DNA of 64,000 nucleotides from Endomicrobiia bacterium (GTDB lineage: Bacteria; Elusimicrobiota; Endomicrobiia; DTEH01). The position numbers and the translations under genes were made by a program. The notes under the pieces are model-generated. The model was not told the origin of the DNA and did no database searches. It saw nothing but the letters and a program-made list of their open reading frames with translations. Below, one piece after another: positions 17,880-28,436 of the stretch (positions are counted from its first letter, which is position 1; each line of letters opens with the position of its first letter). The DNA is taken from positions 32,001-96,000 of the forward strand of contig JBCNUU010000005.1 in assembly GCA_039630545.1 (NCBI GenBank), given 5' to 3'.

Positions 17880-18602
17880 TTAAACAATTTTTTCTAAAAA
17901 TTTTTTTAAATCCGAATAAAAATTTGTGTTGTGTAAATTGTTTAACAAATGAATTCCACTTTCTGAATAATTATATATTATTTCATCTTTGTTAATTATC
18001 CCGTCAACTTTTATGTCAAATTCATTTTTGTTGTTATCAAAGAAGTTTAATAATACTTTAGTCGTAGCAATTTTAAGTTTCAATTTTGGTATCATTTCTA
18101 AAATTTTTTTGGCAGTTTGTATTGAGACTTTCGCAGGATTAATTACAATAATTAATATATCAATATTATCTGTAGTTCTTCTGGAAAAATGTTCCATTCC
18201 AGCTTCCGTATCAATTAATATGTATTTGTAGTTTTTACTTATATTAGAAAGAAAAGTTCTTAATAATTCATTTACGAAACAATAACATTCTTTACCTTCT
18301 GGTCTTCCCATGACAATTAAATCAAACCCTTTTTTTTCTACTATAGCTTCTTGAAGACGCATAGTTATATAATCTGCTTTTGAGATATGTTGAGGAATTT
18401 CTAAACTTCTTAATTCTTCCCTTATGTCAGCAATTGTTAGGTTATACTCTATGCCTAAATTCTCGGCAAGATTGGAGTTTGGGTCAGCATCTACTACTAA
18501 AACAGGTGTAAGGTTTAAATCCAGTAAGTAATTTAAAATTCCACAAGTAATAGTAGTTTTACCTACTCCTCCTTTACCACACACAGCAATTTTTTTATTC
18601 AT
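17880..18602 (-). CDS. acsF: CooC/AcsF-family nickel-insertion ATPase, intact
   Basis: [31 protein letters not shown] and [14 protein letters not shown] motifs. The RPEG..CYC/SRRTT signature resembles the CooC2/AcsF subtype. Confidence 0.8.
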   Translation of the reverse strand: MNKKIAVCGKGGVGKTTITCGILNYLLDLNLTPVLVVDADPNSNLAENLGIEYNLTIADIREELRSLEIPQHISKADYITMRLQEAIVEKKGFDLIVMGRPEGKECYCFVNELLRTFLSNISKNYKYILIDTEAGMEHFSRRTTDNIDILIIVINPAKVSIQTAKKILEMIPKLKLKIATTKVLLNFFDNNKNEFDIKVDGIINKDEIIYNYSESGIHLLNNLHNTNFYSDLKKFLEKIV

Positions 18603-19839
18603 TTATTTTTTTATTCTTTATTAAAGAAAAGACTTTATATTGCAATCCAAAAAGATTTATAAAACCCTCTGCATCTTTTTGATCGTAGGCCAAGATGCCT
18701 TTAGAGGATTCATCAAAAGAAGCTAAGTCTAAATTGTATAAAGAATATTTGGATTCTCTAAAACTTACAAAAATGTTACCTTTGTACAGTTTCAAACCAA
18801 TTTTGCCTGTGACATATTTCTGGGTTTCATCTATAAATTTATCCATTGCTTCTCGTTTTGGTGTAAACCATTCTCCATTATATATTAGCCTTGAATATTC
18901 TAAAGCAATATGCTCTTTAAAATGAAAAGTTTCTTTATCCAATACTAAAGATTCTAATTCCCTGTGTGCAAAGTATAGAATTGTTGCTGCAGGTGCTTCA
19001 TATACGCCTCTGGATTTTATACCTACAAGCCTGTTTTCTACTATATCTGTTCTTCCTATTGCATTTCTTCCTCCTATTTTATTTAAAATTTGGATAAGTG
19101 ATACCGCTCCGTCACGTTTCAATGTGAATATTTCTTTATTTTGTGTAATAATTTTTGTAGGAATTCCTTGATTAAATTCTATTTCTAATGATTCTGTTTT
19201 ATCAGGAGCTGAAAAGGCAGAGGTGGTTAACTGGAAGATATTTTCATCTGGTTCATTTTTTAGGTTTTCTAATTTCCCGCCTTCATAGCTTATATGCCAA
19301 AGGTTAGCATCAGAAGAATAAGGTTTTTCTTCTGAAACTTCTATTGGGATGTTATATTTTTTAGCATATTCTATTTCTTCTTTGCGAGAAGAAATTTTCC
19401 ATATTCTCCATGGAGCTATGATTTTTGCTTCTGGATATAAAAACTTAAAAGCCAGTTCAAATCTTACTTGATCATTTCCTTTACCTGTTGCTCCATGTGC
19501 TAAAATTTTAGCATTTTCCTTTTTAGCAACCTCTACTATTTTTTTAGCAATTAAAGGTCTTGCAATAGAAGTACCAAGCAAATATTTACCTTCATATATA
19601 GCATTAGCCTTTAATGCTTTAAATATATAATCTTCTACGAATTCTTTTTTGGCATCAATTATGTATACTTTTTTTGCTCCAATTTTTATAGCTCTTTTTT
19701 TAATTACTTCAAAATTCTCCTGTTGACCTACATCTACCACGCATGCTAAAACATCAGCTTTATACTGGTTTTTTAACCAGTGTAGTATAACAGAAGTATC
19801 CAAACCTCCAGAATATGCGAGTACAATTTTTTGTTTCAT
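18595..19839 (-). CDS. argG: Argininosuccinate synthase
   Basis: LAYSGGLDTS, HGATGKGNDQVRFE and ENRLVGIKSRGVYE motifs. Confidence 0.97.
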   Translation of the reverse strand: MKQKIVLAYSGGLDTSVILHWLKNQYKADVLACVVDVGQQENFEVIKKRAIKIGAKKVYIIDAKKEFVEDYIFKALKANAIYEGKYLLGTSIARPLIAKKIVEVAKKENAKILAHGATGKGNDQVRFELAFKFLYPEAKIIAPWRIWKISSRKEEIEYAKKYNIPIEVSEEKPYSSDANLWHISYEGGKLENLKNEPDENIFQLTTSAFSAPDKTESLEIEFNQGIPTKIITQNKEIFTLKRDGAVSLIQILNKIGGRNAIGRTDIVENRLVGIKSRGVYEAPAATILYFAHRELESLVLDKETFHFKEHIALEYSRLIYNGEWFTPKREAMDKFIDETQKYVTGKIGLKLYKGNIFVSFRESKYSLYNLDLASFDESSKGILAYDQKDAEGFINLFGLQYKVFSLIKNKKINE

Positions 19840-19875
19840 AGAATTTCTCCATATTAAATTTTATAAATTAACTAA

Positions 19876-20709
19876 CTATCTGTTTTTATTTTTATAACAT
19901 CTTAACCTATTATTTAAACATAATTTTAACAAGTTAGAAATAACACTTTTTAAATCTTTCCTTTGAACTACAATATCCACAAATCCATGCTCTAATAAAA
20001 ATTCCGCTGATTGGAACCCTTCAGGAAGTTTTTGTTTAATAGTTTGTTCTATTACTCTAGGACCAGCAAAACCTATAAGAGCTTTAGTTTCTGCAATTAT
20101 TATATCTCCCAGCATTGCGAATGAAGCTGTTACTCCGCCTGTTGTGGGATCTGTTAATACAGATATATATGGTAGATTCGTTTTTTTAAACTCTGCACAT
20201 GCTGCAGATGTTTTAGCCATTTGCATTAAAGAAATTACCCCTTCTTGCATTCTAGCGCCTCCGCTGGCTGATACAATTACTATAGGTATCTTAAGTGACT
20301 TTGCTTTTTCAAAACTTAAAGCAATTTTTTCTCCAACTACACTTCCCATGCTTCCTCCAAGAAAATTAAAATCTAACACACTAAGTACAGTTTTAATTCC
20401 ACCAATTTTACAGATTCCACTTATACAAGCTTCCTGCAACTTAGTTTTATTTTTAGATTCTTCTAGTTTTGAGTCGTATTCTGGAAAGTTTAAAATATTT
20501 TCCGAAGAATAATTTTTAAAAAGTTCTTTAAAAGAACCTTTATCAGCTAACATCTCAATTCTTTCATGAGTTGTCATTCTAAAAATATAACCACATTTTT
20601 TGCATATTTTAAAATTTTCATAAAGTTCTTTTTTTATCAAAATAGCATTACACCCTGGACAATTTTCAAAAATTTCTTTTGGTACTTGTAACTGAGGTTT
20701 ATTTTTCAT
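19876..20709 (-). CDS. accD: Acetyl-CoA carboxylase carboxyltransferase beta subunit
   Basis: C4 zinc finger, GGSMGSVVGEK, SGGARMQEG and GFAGPRVIEQT motifs. Confidence 0.95.
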   Translation of the reverse strand: MKNKPQLQVPKEIFENCPGCNAILIKKELYENFKICKKCGYIFRMTTHERIEMLADKGSFKELFKNYSSENILNFPEYDSKLEESKNKTKLQEACISGICKIGGIKTVLSVLDFNFLGGSMGSVVGEKIALSFEKAKSLKIPIVIVSASGGARMQEGVISLMQMAKTSAACAEFKKTNLPYISVLTDPTTGGVTASFAMLGDIIIAETKALIGFAGPRVIEQTIKQKLPEGFQSAEFLLEHGFVDIVVQRKDLKSVISNLLKLCLNNRLRCYKNKNR

Positions 20710-21463
20710 AGTTTCTCTCTTTTTTTAAGATTAAAGTTTTAAGTTGCAAAATTTGAAATTTTGCTCTTTCTACATATTCTGGGTCACCGCTTTTTAGTAG
20801 TTCTTTCCAGATGAATAAAGCTTCTTTATAAAAACCATACTTTTTATATAAATTTGCTAAAATCGCTTTAACCATATGAGGTGCTTTACCTTTTTCTATA
20901 ATTGATTTTAATTCGTCAAGCATTTCTTTATATTTTCCACCTAGTTTATAATAGATTGCCTGTTGATATTTGACTAGCTGCCAGTAGTCACTTTCTGGAT
21001 TATTTTTTTGGAATTCAAGATTTTTTAAACCTTCATTAAGATATTCTAAAGCTTCATCGGGACGTTCTAGATTCCATGCCAACACTCCTGTGCCATAAAA
21101 ATATGCAAAGCTATACAGTGGGTCTAATATGGTTACTCTTCTTACATATTTTAGAAAATCTAAATATTTACCAGGTTGGATTTTAGTAATATGTTCTAAA
21201 AAAGTTTCTTCTTCTGATTCAGGTGGTTTTCCCCCGTAATATTGAAGTAGTTGAATCCATGCTATGTCACTTACAACTTTTCTTAAACCAATTATTATTC
21301 CAACGCTGTCCAATATAAAAAATTTTTCTAAAGGAAGTTTTATTTGAAACATTTTTGGGATATAAGAATAAAAGCTTTTTTTGTAAATCTCATTTAATAA
21401 AAAAGTTGTAAAAATTAAATGAGTTATAAGAACAAACAATATAAATACTTTAGACATTTTCAT
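20699..21463 (-). CDS. Hypothetical membrane-anchored helical/TPR-like protein
   Basis: N-terminal TM segment, SDIAWIQLLQYYG, LDP..FAY; coupled to the ABC permease gene. Confidence 0.6.
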   Translation of the reverse strand: MKMSKVFILFVLITHLIFTTFLLNEIYKKSFYSYIPKMFQIKLPLEKFFILDSVGIIIGLRKVVSDIAWIQLLQYYGGKPPESEEETFLEHITKIQPGKYLDFLKYVRRVTILDPLYSFAYFYGTGVLAWNLERPDEALEYLNEGLKNLEFQKNNPESDYWQLVKYQQAIYYKLGGKYKEMLDELKSIIEKGKAPHMVKAILANLYKKYGFYKEALFIWKELLKSGDPEYVERAKFQILQLKTLILKKERNYEK

Positions 21464-22233
21464 AGATCTTTCTTCTTAAATAAGATACAACTTAACGATA
21501 AACATATGAGTGTATAACTCAGACAGTACAAAATTCCTTTTATTAAATTAAACTTCGATACAAAATCTGGGCTATCAAAGAAATCTTTAATATTAAAATA
21601 TTGAAAATTTGGGATTAAATAATAGGTTATTTTTAAAAATACCTGTAAAAATTTAATTTTAATTTTTCCAACTATAAACATAAACTCAGAAGTAAAATGT
21701 CCTGCAATCCATAAAAGCAAAGATATAATCGCAGCAGATAAGTGAGAAGTTGTAAGTAAAGTAGCCAATAACGCAACAGAAGTTATAAGTGTACTTTTAA
21801 AGAAAATTGTAAAAAGAGTAAGAAAATATTCCTTGTTTATGTTCCATTTTACTATTTTAAGAAATACTATATGGACACAGCACATTATAAAGATGCTTAA
21901 TATTATTACTACTAAAAATCCAATATATCTTCCTAAGATATATTTGTTTCTTGAAATAGGTTTAGAAAGCAAAATATATATATTTTTAGTATCTACTTCT
22001 TGCAAAAATAATCCAACAGAATTTAAAAGTATTAAAATCAAACAAAAAATTTCTATCATAGCAATTCCTGTATTTACAAGAACTCTTTGAGGCTGTTCAA
22101 ATCCGCTTAGTCCTGTAAGAAGAAAACCTATAAAGATAAGAACCATAGAAAACAACACTACTGTTACGTATATTTTTGTTTTAAAATTTTCTTTTACTGA
22201 ATAAAAAATTATATTAAATAAAGAATTCATCAT
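21460..22233 (-). CDS. ABC-2-type transporter permease
   Basis: About 6 TM segments; E...KNIY.LLSKPISR..YILGRYIG and YYLIPNF motifs. Confidence 0.8.
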   Translation of the reverse strand: MMNSLFNIIFYSVKENFKTKIYVTVVLFSMVLIFIGFLLTGLSGFEQPQRVLVNTGIAMIEIFCLILILLNSVGLFLQEVDTKNIYILLSKPISRNKYILGRYIGFLVVIILSIFIMCCVHIVFLKIVKWNINKEYFLTLFTIFFKSTLITSVALLATLLTTSHLSAAIISLLLWIAGHFTSEFMFIVGKIKIKFLQVFLKITYYLIPNFQYFNIKDFFDSPDFVSKFNLIKGILYCLSYTLICLSLSCILFKKKDL

Positions 22234-22919
22234 TAGTTATTAATTATATATATAATAAATCCTAAAAAATAGGGCATTATTAAATTAATCCAGAAACTTA
22301 CCAAAGAAAGTTTTTTTAACCTTCTGTAAATAAAAAAATTCACAGGAATAAACAAAAAAGATATAAAGATCAAATAATTTGGTAATAAAAATGTTAATAT
22401 AATTAAAAGCCGTAAAAATATATAAATATACTTATTTTGGAAATTTTTGTAAGCAATCTCTTCTTTACAAAATAAAGTATCAAAATAAAAAAGTATTACA
22501 CTTAACACATGAGTACCAACTATTAAAATACATAAAATTATCACCCATTTTTCAAAGCTAAGTTCTCTATAAGGTGAAAAGATATATAAAAATGTTATAT
22601 GGATAAATTGGTCCCAGATAAAAAATAAAAGATTATCCTGTATATGATAATTTCTTACAGTGTATGCGCGATATTCATCTTCTATAATATGTAAAATAAA
22701 TAAAATTATTAAACATACAAAACCACTAAGTTGAAAAGGATAATCAAACCAGATTTTATTAATGTCTTCCCATGTAAGAATTAATCCCAGAATAAAAAAT
22801 ATAAAAGAATGTACTATTACTCCTGTAAAGTTTTTCCTTTTCCACTTTGCTATAAAATTTGTTTGTAATGTAAAATCTGTCAGCAGATGTGCTAATAATA
22901 ATCTGAAGAATATTTTCAT
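22233..22919 (-). CDS. DUF3307-like membrane protein
   Basis: LLAHLLTDFTLQT, a second conserved His, and WDQFIH motifs. Confidence 0.7.
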   Translation of the reverse strand: MKIFFRLLLAHLLTDFTLQTNFIAKWKRKNFTGVIVHSFIFFILGLILTWEDINKIWFDYPFQLSGFVCLIILFILHIIEDEYRAYTVRNYHIQDNLLFFIWDQFIHITFLYIFSPYRELSFEKWVIILCILIVGTHVLSVILFYFDTLFCKEEIAYKNFQNKYIYIFLRLLIILTFLLPNYLIFISFLFIPVNFFIYRRLKKLSLVSFWINLIMPYFLGFIIYIINN

Positions 22920-22965
22920 AAATTAAAATAGTATAAAATTATTTATGTCAAATCAACGATTTTTG

Positions 22966-24786
22966 TTAATAATAAGTAAAATCTCCAACTTTATATATTC
23001 CTATTTCCTGTTGTTTACCGCGAAGGAGTATCTTGCCTAAAAATTTTGTAGGTATTCTATTGTTTAGTTTTCTGTTTACACTTTCAGAAATTATTATAGG
23101 AGAATTAAATTCTTTTGTTAAACTTTGTAGTCTAGAGGCTGTGTTTACTGTATCTCCTACAGCAGTATAATTCATAAGGTGTATTGAACCGATATTTCCT
23201 ACTATAGCTTCTCCTGTATTTATTCCTGCTCCTATTTTTATTTTGAAACCTTTTAAAATAGTTTCCGATTCATTAAGTCTCTCCAATTCATAAATCATTT
23301 CCATTACACATTTTACTGCTAAATATGCATGATCTGGTTGATTAAGAGGAGCATTCCAGAAACACATTATGCAGTCACCTATATATTTATCTATAGTACC
23401 ATTGTATTTAAAGATAATGTTATTCATTACCTGAAAATATCTATTTAAAAAAGTAACTATTTCTTCCGCTGGTAGTTTTTCTGAGATACTGGTGAATGCC
23501 CTAATGTCAGTAAAAACAACTGTAATTTCTTTTTTTTCTCCACCCAATCCACTTAAACTTCCTGTGGGATTTTTTAGTAGTTCCTCCATTACATATGGAT
23601 TAATATATTTTGAAAATGTCTTCTTTATTATTTTTTTTTCTTTTTGCTCAAAAATTAATTTATGTAAGATACAACTAAAACCAGCTAATATAGCGGAAGC
23701 GCTATAAGGTACAAATTCTAAAATATAGAAATGTTTTATAAAGAGATAATAGGTAATCAAATAATATCCTGAAGTATATAGAAAAATAAAAAGTACTATC
23801 AAGACTGGACTGATATTATAAAAAAATATACTTAAAAGAATAGTTGTAAATGTAATAAACAATATGTTATGTATCTTATCAAATTTCTTTCTAAGATATG
23901 TTTTAAAAAGTAAATTTTCTATTACTGTAGCGTTTAACTCAACACCTGGATAAGTTTTAATAAATGGTGTTGGGTAATGATCATAACTACCAGTAGCTGT
24001 TGCTCCTATAAGAACTATTTTGTCTTTTATCCATATAGGTGGTATAAGGTTATTATAAATATCTATAAAGGAATAACCTATAAAAGTTGTTTCAATTTTA
24101 TTTTCTTTTTTATTAAAGTATTCGGATGGCCCATAAAAATTTATAAAAATTTTTGAAGGTAAATTACTCAGTAATTTTTCTGAAACTTTTCCTAAAAATT
24201 CCTTAGCTATTATGTAATTAAAAGAGTAGTATGTTTTTTGGTTAAATTGTTTAGTTAAAAATACACTTCTTACAACACCATCTTCATCTGGTTCTATATT
24301 AGTAAAACCAACTTTGCAGACACGGTTAAATAATTCAATAGGTTCAATTATTTTTTCTATCAGTACTTTTTGAATGGTGTTATCCTTTAGTACATTTTCA
24401 TAGAAACTCTCAAAATGTGAAGCAATAACTGAATTTCCTTTTTTTAAAGCATTGTGTAGAGCTAAATCTGAAGATTCATTACTTTTTTCAGGGTATAATA
24501 TATCTAAAGCGACTATCTTCGCTCCACAATTAAATAAATTTTCAACTGCTTTAGCTACAATTTTTCTGTCCCATGGCCATCTGCCTAAATAAGAAAGAGA
24601 ATTTTCATCTATTTTAACAATTATTATATTGTTGGATGGACTTATAGGTCCACGGAGTTTAAATCTTAAATCATAAAATATATTTTCTACAGGTACAAAC
24701 AAATCAAACCAATATAATAAAATTACTAAAAAATTAATAAAAAAGCTCCACGATAACCATCCTATAGTTTTTTTTAAAACAGTCAT
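22966..24786 (-). CDS. CHASE2-domain class III adenylate cyclase
   Basis: GRWPWDR, DEDGVVR and PGVE (CHASE2), 3 TM segments, then FTDIRAFT, DKYIGD, GINTGE and YTAVGDTVNTASRL. Confidence 0.9.
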   Translation of the reverse strand: MTVLKKTIGWLSWSFFINFLVILLYWFDLFVPVENIFYDLRFKLRGPISPSNNIIIVKIDENSLSYLGRWPWDRKIVAKAVENLFNCGAKIVALDILYPEKSNESSDLALHNALKKGNSVIASHFESFYENVLKDNTIQKVLIEKIIEPIELFNRVCKVGFTNIEPDEDGVVRSVFLTKQFNQKTYYSFNYIIAKEFLGKVSEKLLSNLPSKIFINFYGPSEYFNKKENKIETTFIGYSFIDIYNNLIPPIWIKDKIVLIGATATGSYDHYPTPFIKTYPGVELNATVIENLLFKTYLRKKFDKIHNILFITFTTILLSIFFYNISPVLIVLFIFLYTSGYYLITYYLFIKHFYILEFVPYSASAILAGFSCILHKLIFEQKEKKIIKKTFSKYINPYVMEELLKNPTGSLSGLGGEKKEITVVFTDIRAFTSISEKLPAEEIVTFLNRYFQVMNNIIFKYNGTIDKYIGDCIMCFWNAPLNQPDHAYLAVKCVMEMIYELERLNESETILKGFKIKIGAGINTGEAIVGNIGSIHLMNYTAVGDTVNTASRLQSLTKEFNSPIIISESVNRKLNNRIPTKFLGKILLRGKQQEIGIYKVGDFTYY

Positions 24787-25937
24787 TTTACAATCTTTGT
24801 TTTGAATACTTCTGTAGTTGTGATATTTCCAGCTATATCTGAAACTTGTATATAGAAGCTGTAATAATCTTTTTTAGTTATCTTTGAAGTAGTAAAACTG
24901 TACAGTCCAAGTAATTTGTTGCCTGCTATAAGTGCCATATAATTTTCTTTTTTAGTTTTCCTTTTATCATCTACTTCTATAAATTTTACTTCATTTATTC
25001 CTCTGTCATCTTCGACCTCTATAAGAATGGTGTTAGTAGAATTATACTTTATAATCGGTTGTTCCTGAAAGATAATTTTTGGTGGGATATCTTTTATTAA
25101 AAATTTTTCAGTTGTTGTTTTTATTTTTTTCTTCAAGTATAAGAAAATTATTTCTATAAAATACTTCCCCGGGGTTATTGAAGGTATTATGTCAAAATTT
25201 ATAGAAATTGCTTGAGTGGTTTGTGGAGATATTTTTAAAGATAAAGTTCTTGATGATACAATAATTTCTTCTTCATTTTTAAAATTCGCTTCTATATTTA
25301 AAGGTAAAGTTTGTAGAGATTTATTTGTTAGTTTTAAAGGAATACTTAGTGTAGAGTTATAATAGTATTGAGGTTTTATCATATGAGAATCTATATGTAT
25401 TTCAAAATTTTGTTCTATTTCTTTTGCAATTTCAGATTTAGTTTTTACATCAATTTTAGGTTCTGGTTTAGGTGATAATTGAGGTTGTATGGTTTCTTTT
25501 TTAGATATAAAAGTTAAAGATGCAGTAGAAATTGAAACTTTAGTTTTTTCCTCAGAAGGGATTTTTATTAATAGTTTCTTATACAATATATTTTTTTTAG
25601 TTATGAGATCTTTGCTTACAAGATATAAATATGTGGATGTTTCATTAAAGAAATTTTTATCTAACTTATATTCAAAAAAATATCTTTGACCTTTTCTTAA
25701 CAGAATTGTATAACTTTCTGGGTAAAAAATTTTTTTATTTTTTTCCTTCCTGAAAGAAAATATTTCATATACTCCATCTTTATAAGAAATAACTTCAATT
25801 GGAATCTTTATGGTTTCTTTTTGAAAAAATTCTAACTTATTAATTTTTATTTTGGCTTTTGGTAGAAGGTAAAATTGGACTAAAAAATAAATTGTTATGC
25901 AAAATATAACTATATATTCAATCTTTAAATATTTCAT
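24783..25937 (-). CDS. Hypothetical membrane-anchored protein with probable Ig-like beta domains
   Basis: N-terminal TM segment, Pro/Lys linker, D.PPKI...EDDRGI and SDIAGN motifs. Confidence 0.55.
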   Translation of the reverse strand: MKYLKIEYIVIFCITIYFLVQFYLLPKAKIKINKLEFFQKETIKIPIEVISYKDGVYEIFSFRKEKNKKIFYPESYTILLRKGQRYFFEYKLDKNFFNETSTYLYLVSKDLITKKNILYKKLLIKIPSEEKTKVSISTASLTFISKKETIQPQLSPKPEPKIDVKTKSEIAKEIEQNFEIHIDSHMIKPQYYYNSTLSIPLKLTNKSLQTLPLNIEANFKNEEEIIVSSRTLSLKISPQTTQAISINFDIIPSITPGKYFIEIIFLYLKKKIKTTTEKFLIKDIPPKIIFQEQPIIKYNSTNTILIEVEDDRGINEVKFIEVDDKRKTKKENYMALIAGNKLLGLYSFTTSKITKKDYYSFYIQVSDIAGNITTTEVFKTKIVK

Positions 25938-27216
25938 CGAATTTGTTTTCTAAATGTTTCAGTAAGAATTTTGTATTACAAATTTTTTTAATATATTTTG
26001 GCTTTATGATTTTTGTTAAGTTTTTATTTTTACAACAAATTTCTATAAAATCTTTCTTTTTCAAAAATGCCTCCTGGGCAAGGGGTTGTATAATGTTGTA
26101 TGCATGTTGTCTACTTAATCCTTTTTTTATTAGCTCAGTTAATAATGTTTGTGAATAGAAAGAGTTATGAGAAATTTGGATATTTTTGAGCATATTTTCT
26201 GGATAAACTATAATATTTTTTATAAGGTTTGTGAATCTATAAAGTATAAAATCCAACGCTATAGAAGCATCTGGTAAAATTATTCTTTCTGCCGAAGAAT
26301 GAGATATGTCTCTTTCATGCCATAACGCTACATTTTCATATCCAGCAACAACATAAGATCTTATTAATCTAGCTAATCCACATATGTTTTCAGATAACAC
26401 CGGATTTCTTTTATGCGGCATAGCAGAGGAACCTTTCTGTCCCTTGGAAAACGATTCTTCTACCTCTAGTACCTCTGTCCTTTGTAGATGTCTTATTTCG
26501 GTAGCGAATTTTTCTAATGAAGCAGCAATATTTGCTAATGTAGTGAGATAATAAGAATATCTATATCTAGGAATTACTTGTGTAGAAATTGGTTCTGGTT
26601 TTAAACCTAATTTTTTTAATACCTTTTTTTCTATTTCTGGAGAAAGCTGAGAGTAAGTTCCAACTACTCCTGAAATTTTTCCAACTGCTACAATTTCTTT
26701 TATATAATTTAATACTTCATAATGTTGTTTAACTTCACAATACCAACCAGCAAGTTTATATCCAAAGGTTATTGGTTCAGCATGTACTCCATGTGTTCTT
26801 CCCATCATTAAAGTGGATTTGTAGTTTAAAGCTTGAATTTTAAGTACCTCTAACAGTTCGTTTAATCTTTTTGAAATTTGTTGACAGCTTTGTTTTAACT
26901 GCAAAGCTGAAGCAGTATCTAAAACATCAGAAGAAGTAAGACCAAAGTGTATCCATTTTGCTGCTTCTGTATTTACTGATTCACTTAGTTGATCTACAAA
27001 TGCAGCTACATCGTGTTTTGTGATTTTTTCAATTTCTTTTATTCTTTCTATGTTTAATTTTACTTTGTTTTTAATTTCTTCATAGTGGTTTTTAGGAATG
27101 ATTTTTTCTTCTGCTAATGTTTCTAATACCTTAAGTTCTACTTCTAACATTAGTTTGAATCTATTTTCTTCCGACCAAATACTTGACATTTCAGGTAAAG
27201 AATATCTGTCAATCAT
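25918..27216 (-). CDS. purB: Adenylosuccinate lyase
   Basis: MIDRY, HDV, GRTHG and GSSAMPHKRNP motifs. Confidence 0.96.
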   Translation of the reverse strand: MIDRYSLPEMSSIWSEENRFKLMLEVELKVLETLAEEKIIPKNHYEEIKNKVKLNIERIKEIEKITKHDVAAFVDQLSESVNTEAAKWIHFGLTSSDVLDTASALQLKQSCQQISKRLNELLEVLKIQALNYKSTLMMGRTHGVHAEPITFGYKLAGWYCEVKQHYEVLNYIKEIVAVGKISGVVGTYSQLSPEIEKKVLKKLGLKPEPISTQVIPRYRYSYYLTTLANIAASLEKFATEIRHLQRTEVLEVEESFSKGQKGSSAMPHKRNPVLSENICGLARLIRSYVVAGYENVALWHERDISHSSAERIILPDASIALDFILYRFTNLIKNIIVYPENMLKNIQISHNSFYSQTLLTELIKKGLSRQHAYNIIQPLAQEAFLKKKDFIEICCKNKNLTKIIKPKYIKKICNTKFLLKHLENKFDEIFKD

Positions 27217-27257
27217 AATAAAAATTTCCTCCTTTTAAAAAAATTTCTAAAATTTGA

Positions 27258-27539
27258 TTATTTTTTCCTTTTTAGTTGAAGATTTTCACCAGTTTTTTGA
27301 TTGTATGCCTCTAATACTTTTTGTTCAATTTTTTGCCTTAACTCATTTGAAATTGGATGAGCCACATCTTTATGAGAACCATTACTTGTTTTTCTAGATG
27401 GCATGAAAATTTTAACTCCATCATCAAACGCAACAATCCTCAAGTTATGAACAACAAAAACATCATCCAGAGTAATTGTAGCGTATGCTTTTAATTTTTT
27501 TTCTTTTTGGGGGTATATTCTTACTTCTGTTATTTCCAT
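27258..27539 (-). CDS. spoVG: SpoVG-family nucleic-acid-binding protein
   Basis: MEITEVRI, LKAYATIT.DD.FVV, MPSRK and DVAHPI motifs. Confidence 0.9.
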   Translation of the reverse strand: MEITEVRIYPQKEKKLKAYATITLDDVFVVHNLRIVAFDDGVKIFMPSRKTSNGSHKDVAHPISNELRQKIEQKVLEAYNQKTGENLQLKRKK

Positions 27540-27560
27540 AAAATAAATAAAACCTCCTTT

Positions 27561-28436
27561 TTATTTAGTTATACTTTTTAAAATATAAATTTTACAATTT
27601 TTGAGCTTTTTTTCAACAATTTTTTTAAAAAACTCTGCTTCTTTTTTGTTTTTAAATACAGAAAAAAAACAAGATCCTGAGCCGCTCATAGAGACATTTT
27701 CAGAAAATCTATTCATGATTTGTTTTATTTTTTTTAATTCAGGAAAAACTTTAAAAGCAGCTTTTTCAAGGTCATTTATGAGTAAAGTTTTTAGATTTAT
27801 TTTCTTTATTGAGTCTAAAATTTTGTTTTCATCAAATTTATAGAAAGAATTTTTGGTTATTTTATCATAAGTTTCGTATACTTTTTTTGTGGAAAGAATT
27901 ACATTTGGATAAACTAATACGAACCAAAGAGGTTTCTGTGTCCATGGAGGAATAATTTTTTTAATTTTTTCACCTGCAGATTTTACTATACAACAACCTT
28001 GAAACAAAAAAAAGGGGATATCTTTACCTAACTTTGCAAGGATCTTTATAAGTTTTTCCTTTGTTATTTTAATTTTAAATAACTTAACTAAAGCCAGTGC
28101 TACACAAGCAGCATCTGAAGAGGCTCCCCCTAATCCTCCACCAATTGGGATATTTTTTTCTATATCTATCTTTATAAAATAATTTTCAATCTTAAACTTT
28201 TTTAAAATGGTTTCAGCTACTTTATAGCACAAATTATTTTCATTTTTTAATTCAGGAATATTGCAGTTGATGATTAATTTGTTTTCTGAGACATTTTTTT
28301 TCAACTTTATACTAATTTTTATTTTGTCAAACAAAGAAACTGTCTGGATAATAGAAAATATATTATGATATCCATCTTTTCTTTTGTTTAATATTTTTAA
28401 AGTCAAATTTACCTTTGCAGGCGCAAGGATTTGCAT
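27561..28436 (-). CDS. ispE: 4-diphosphocytidyl-2-C-methyl-D-erythritol kinase
   Basis: APAKVNL, DGYH, KNIPIGGGLGGASSDAA and MSGSGS motifs. Confidence 0.93.
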   Translation of the reverse strand: MQILAPAKVNLTLKILNKRKDGYHNIFSIIQTVSLFDKIKISIKLKKNVSENKLIINCNIPELKNENNLCYKVAETILKKFKIENYFIKIDIEKNIPIGGGLGGASSDAACVALALVKLFKIKITKEKLIKILAKLGKDIPFFLFQGCCIVKSAGEKIKKIIPPWTQKPLWFVLVYPNVILSTKKVYETYDKITKNSFYKFDENKILDSIKKINLKTLLINDLEKAAFKVFPELKKIKQIMNRFSENVSMSGSGSCFFSVFKNKKEAEFFKKIVEKKLKNCKIYILKSITK

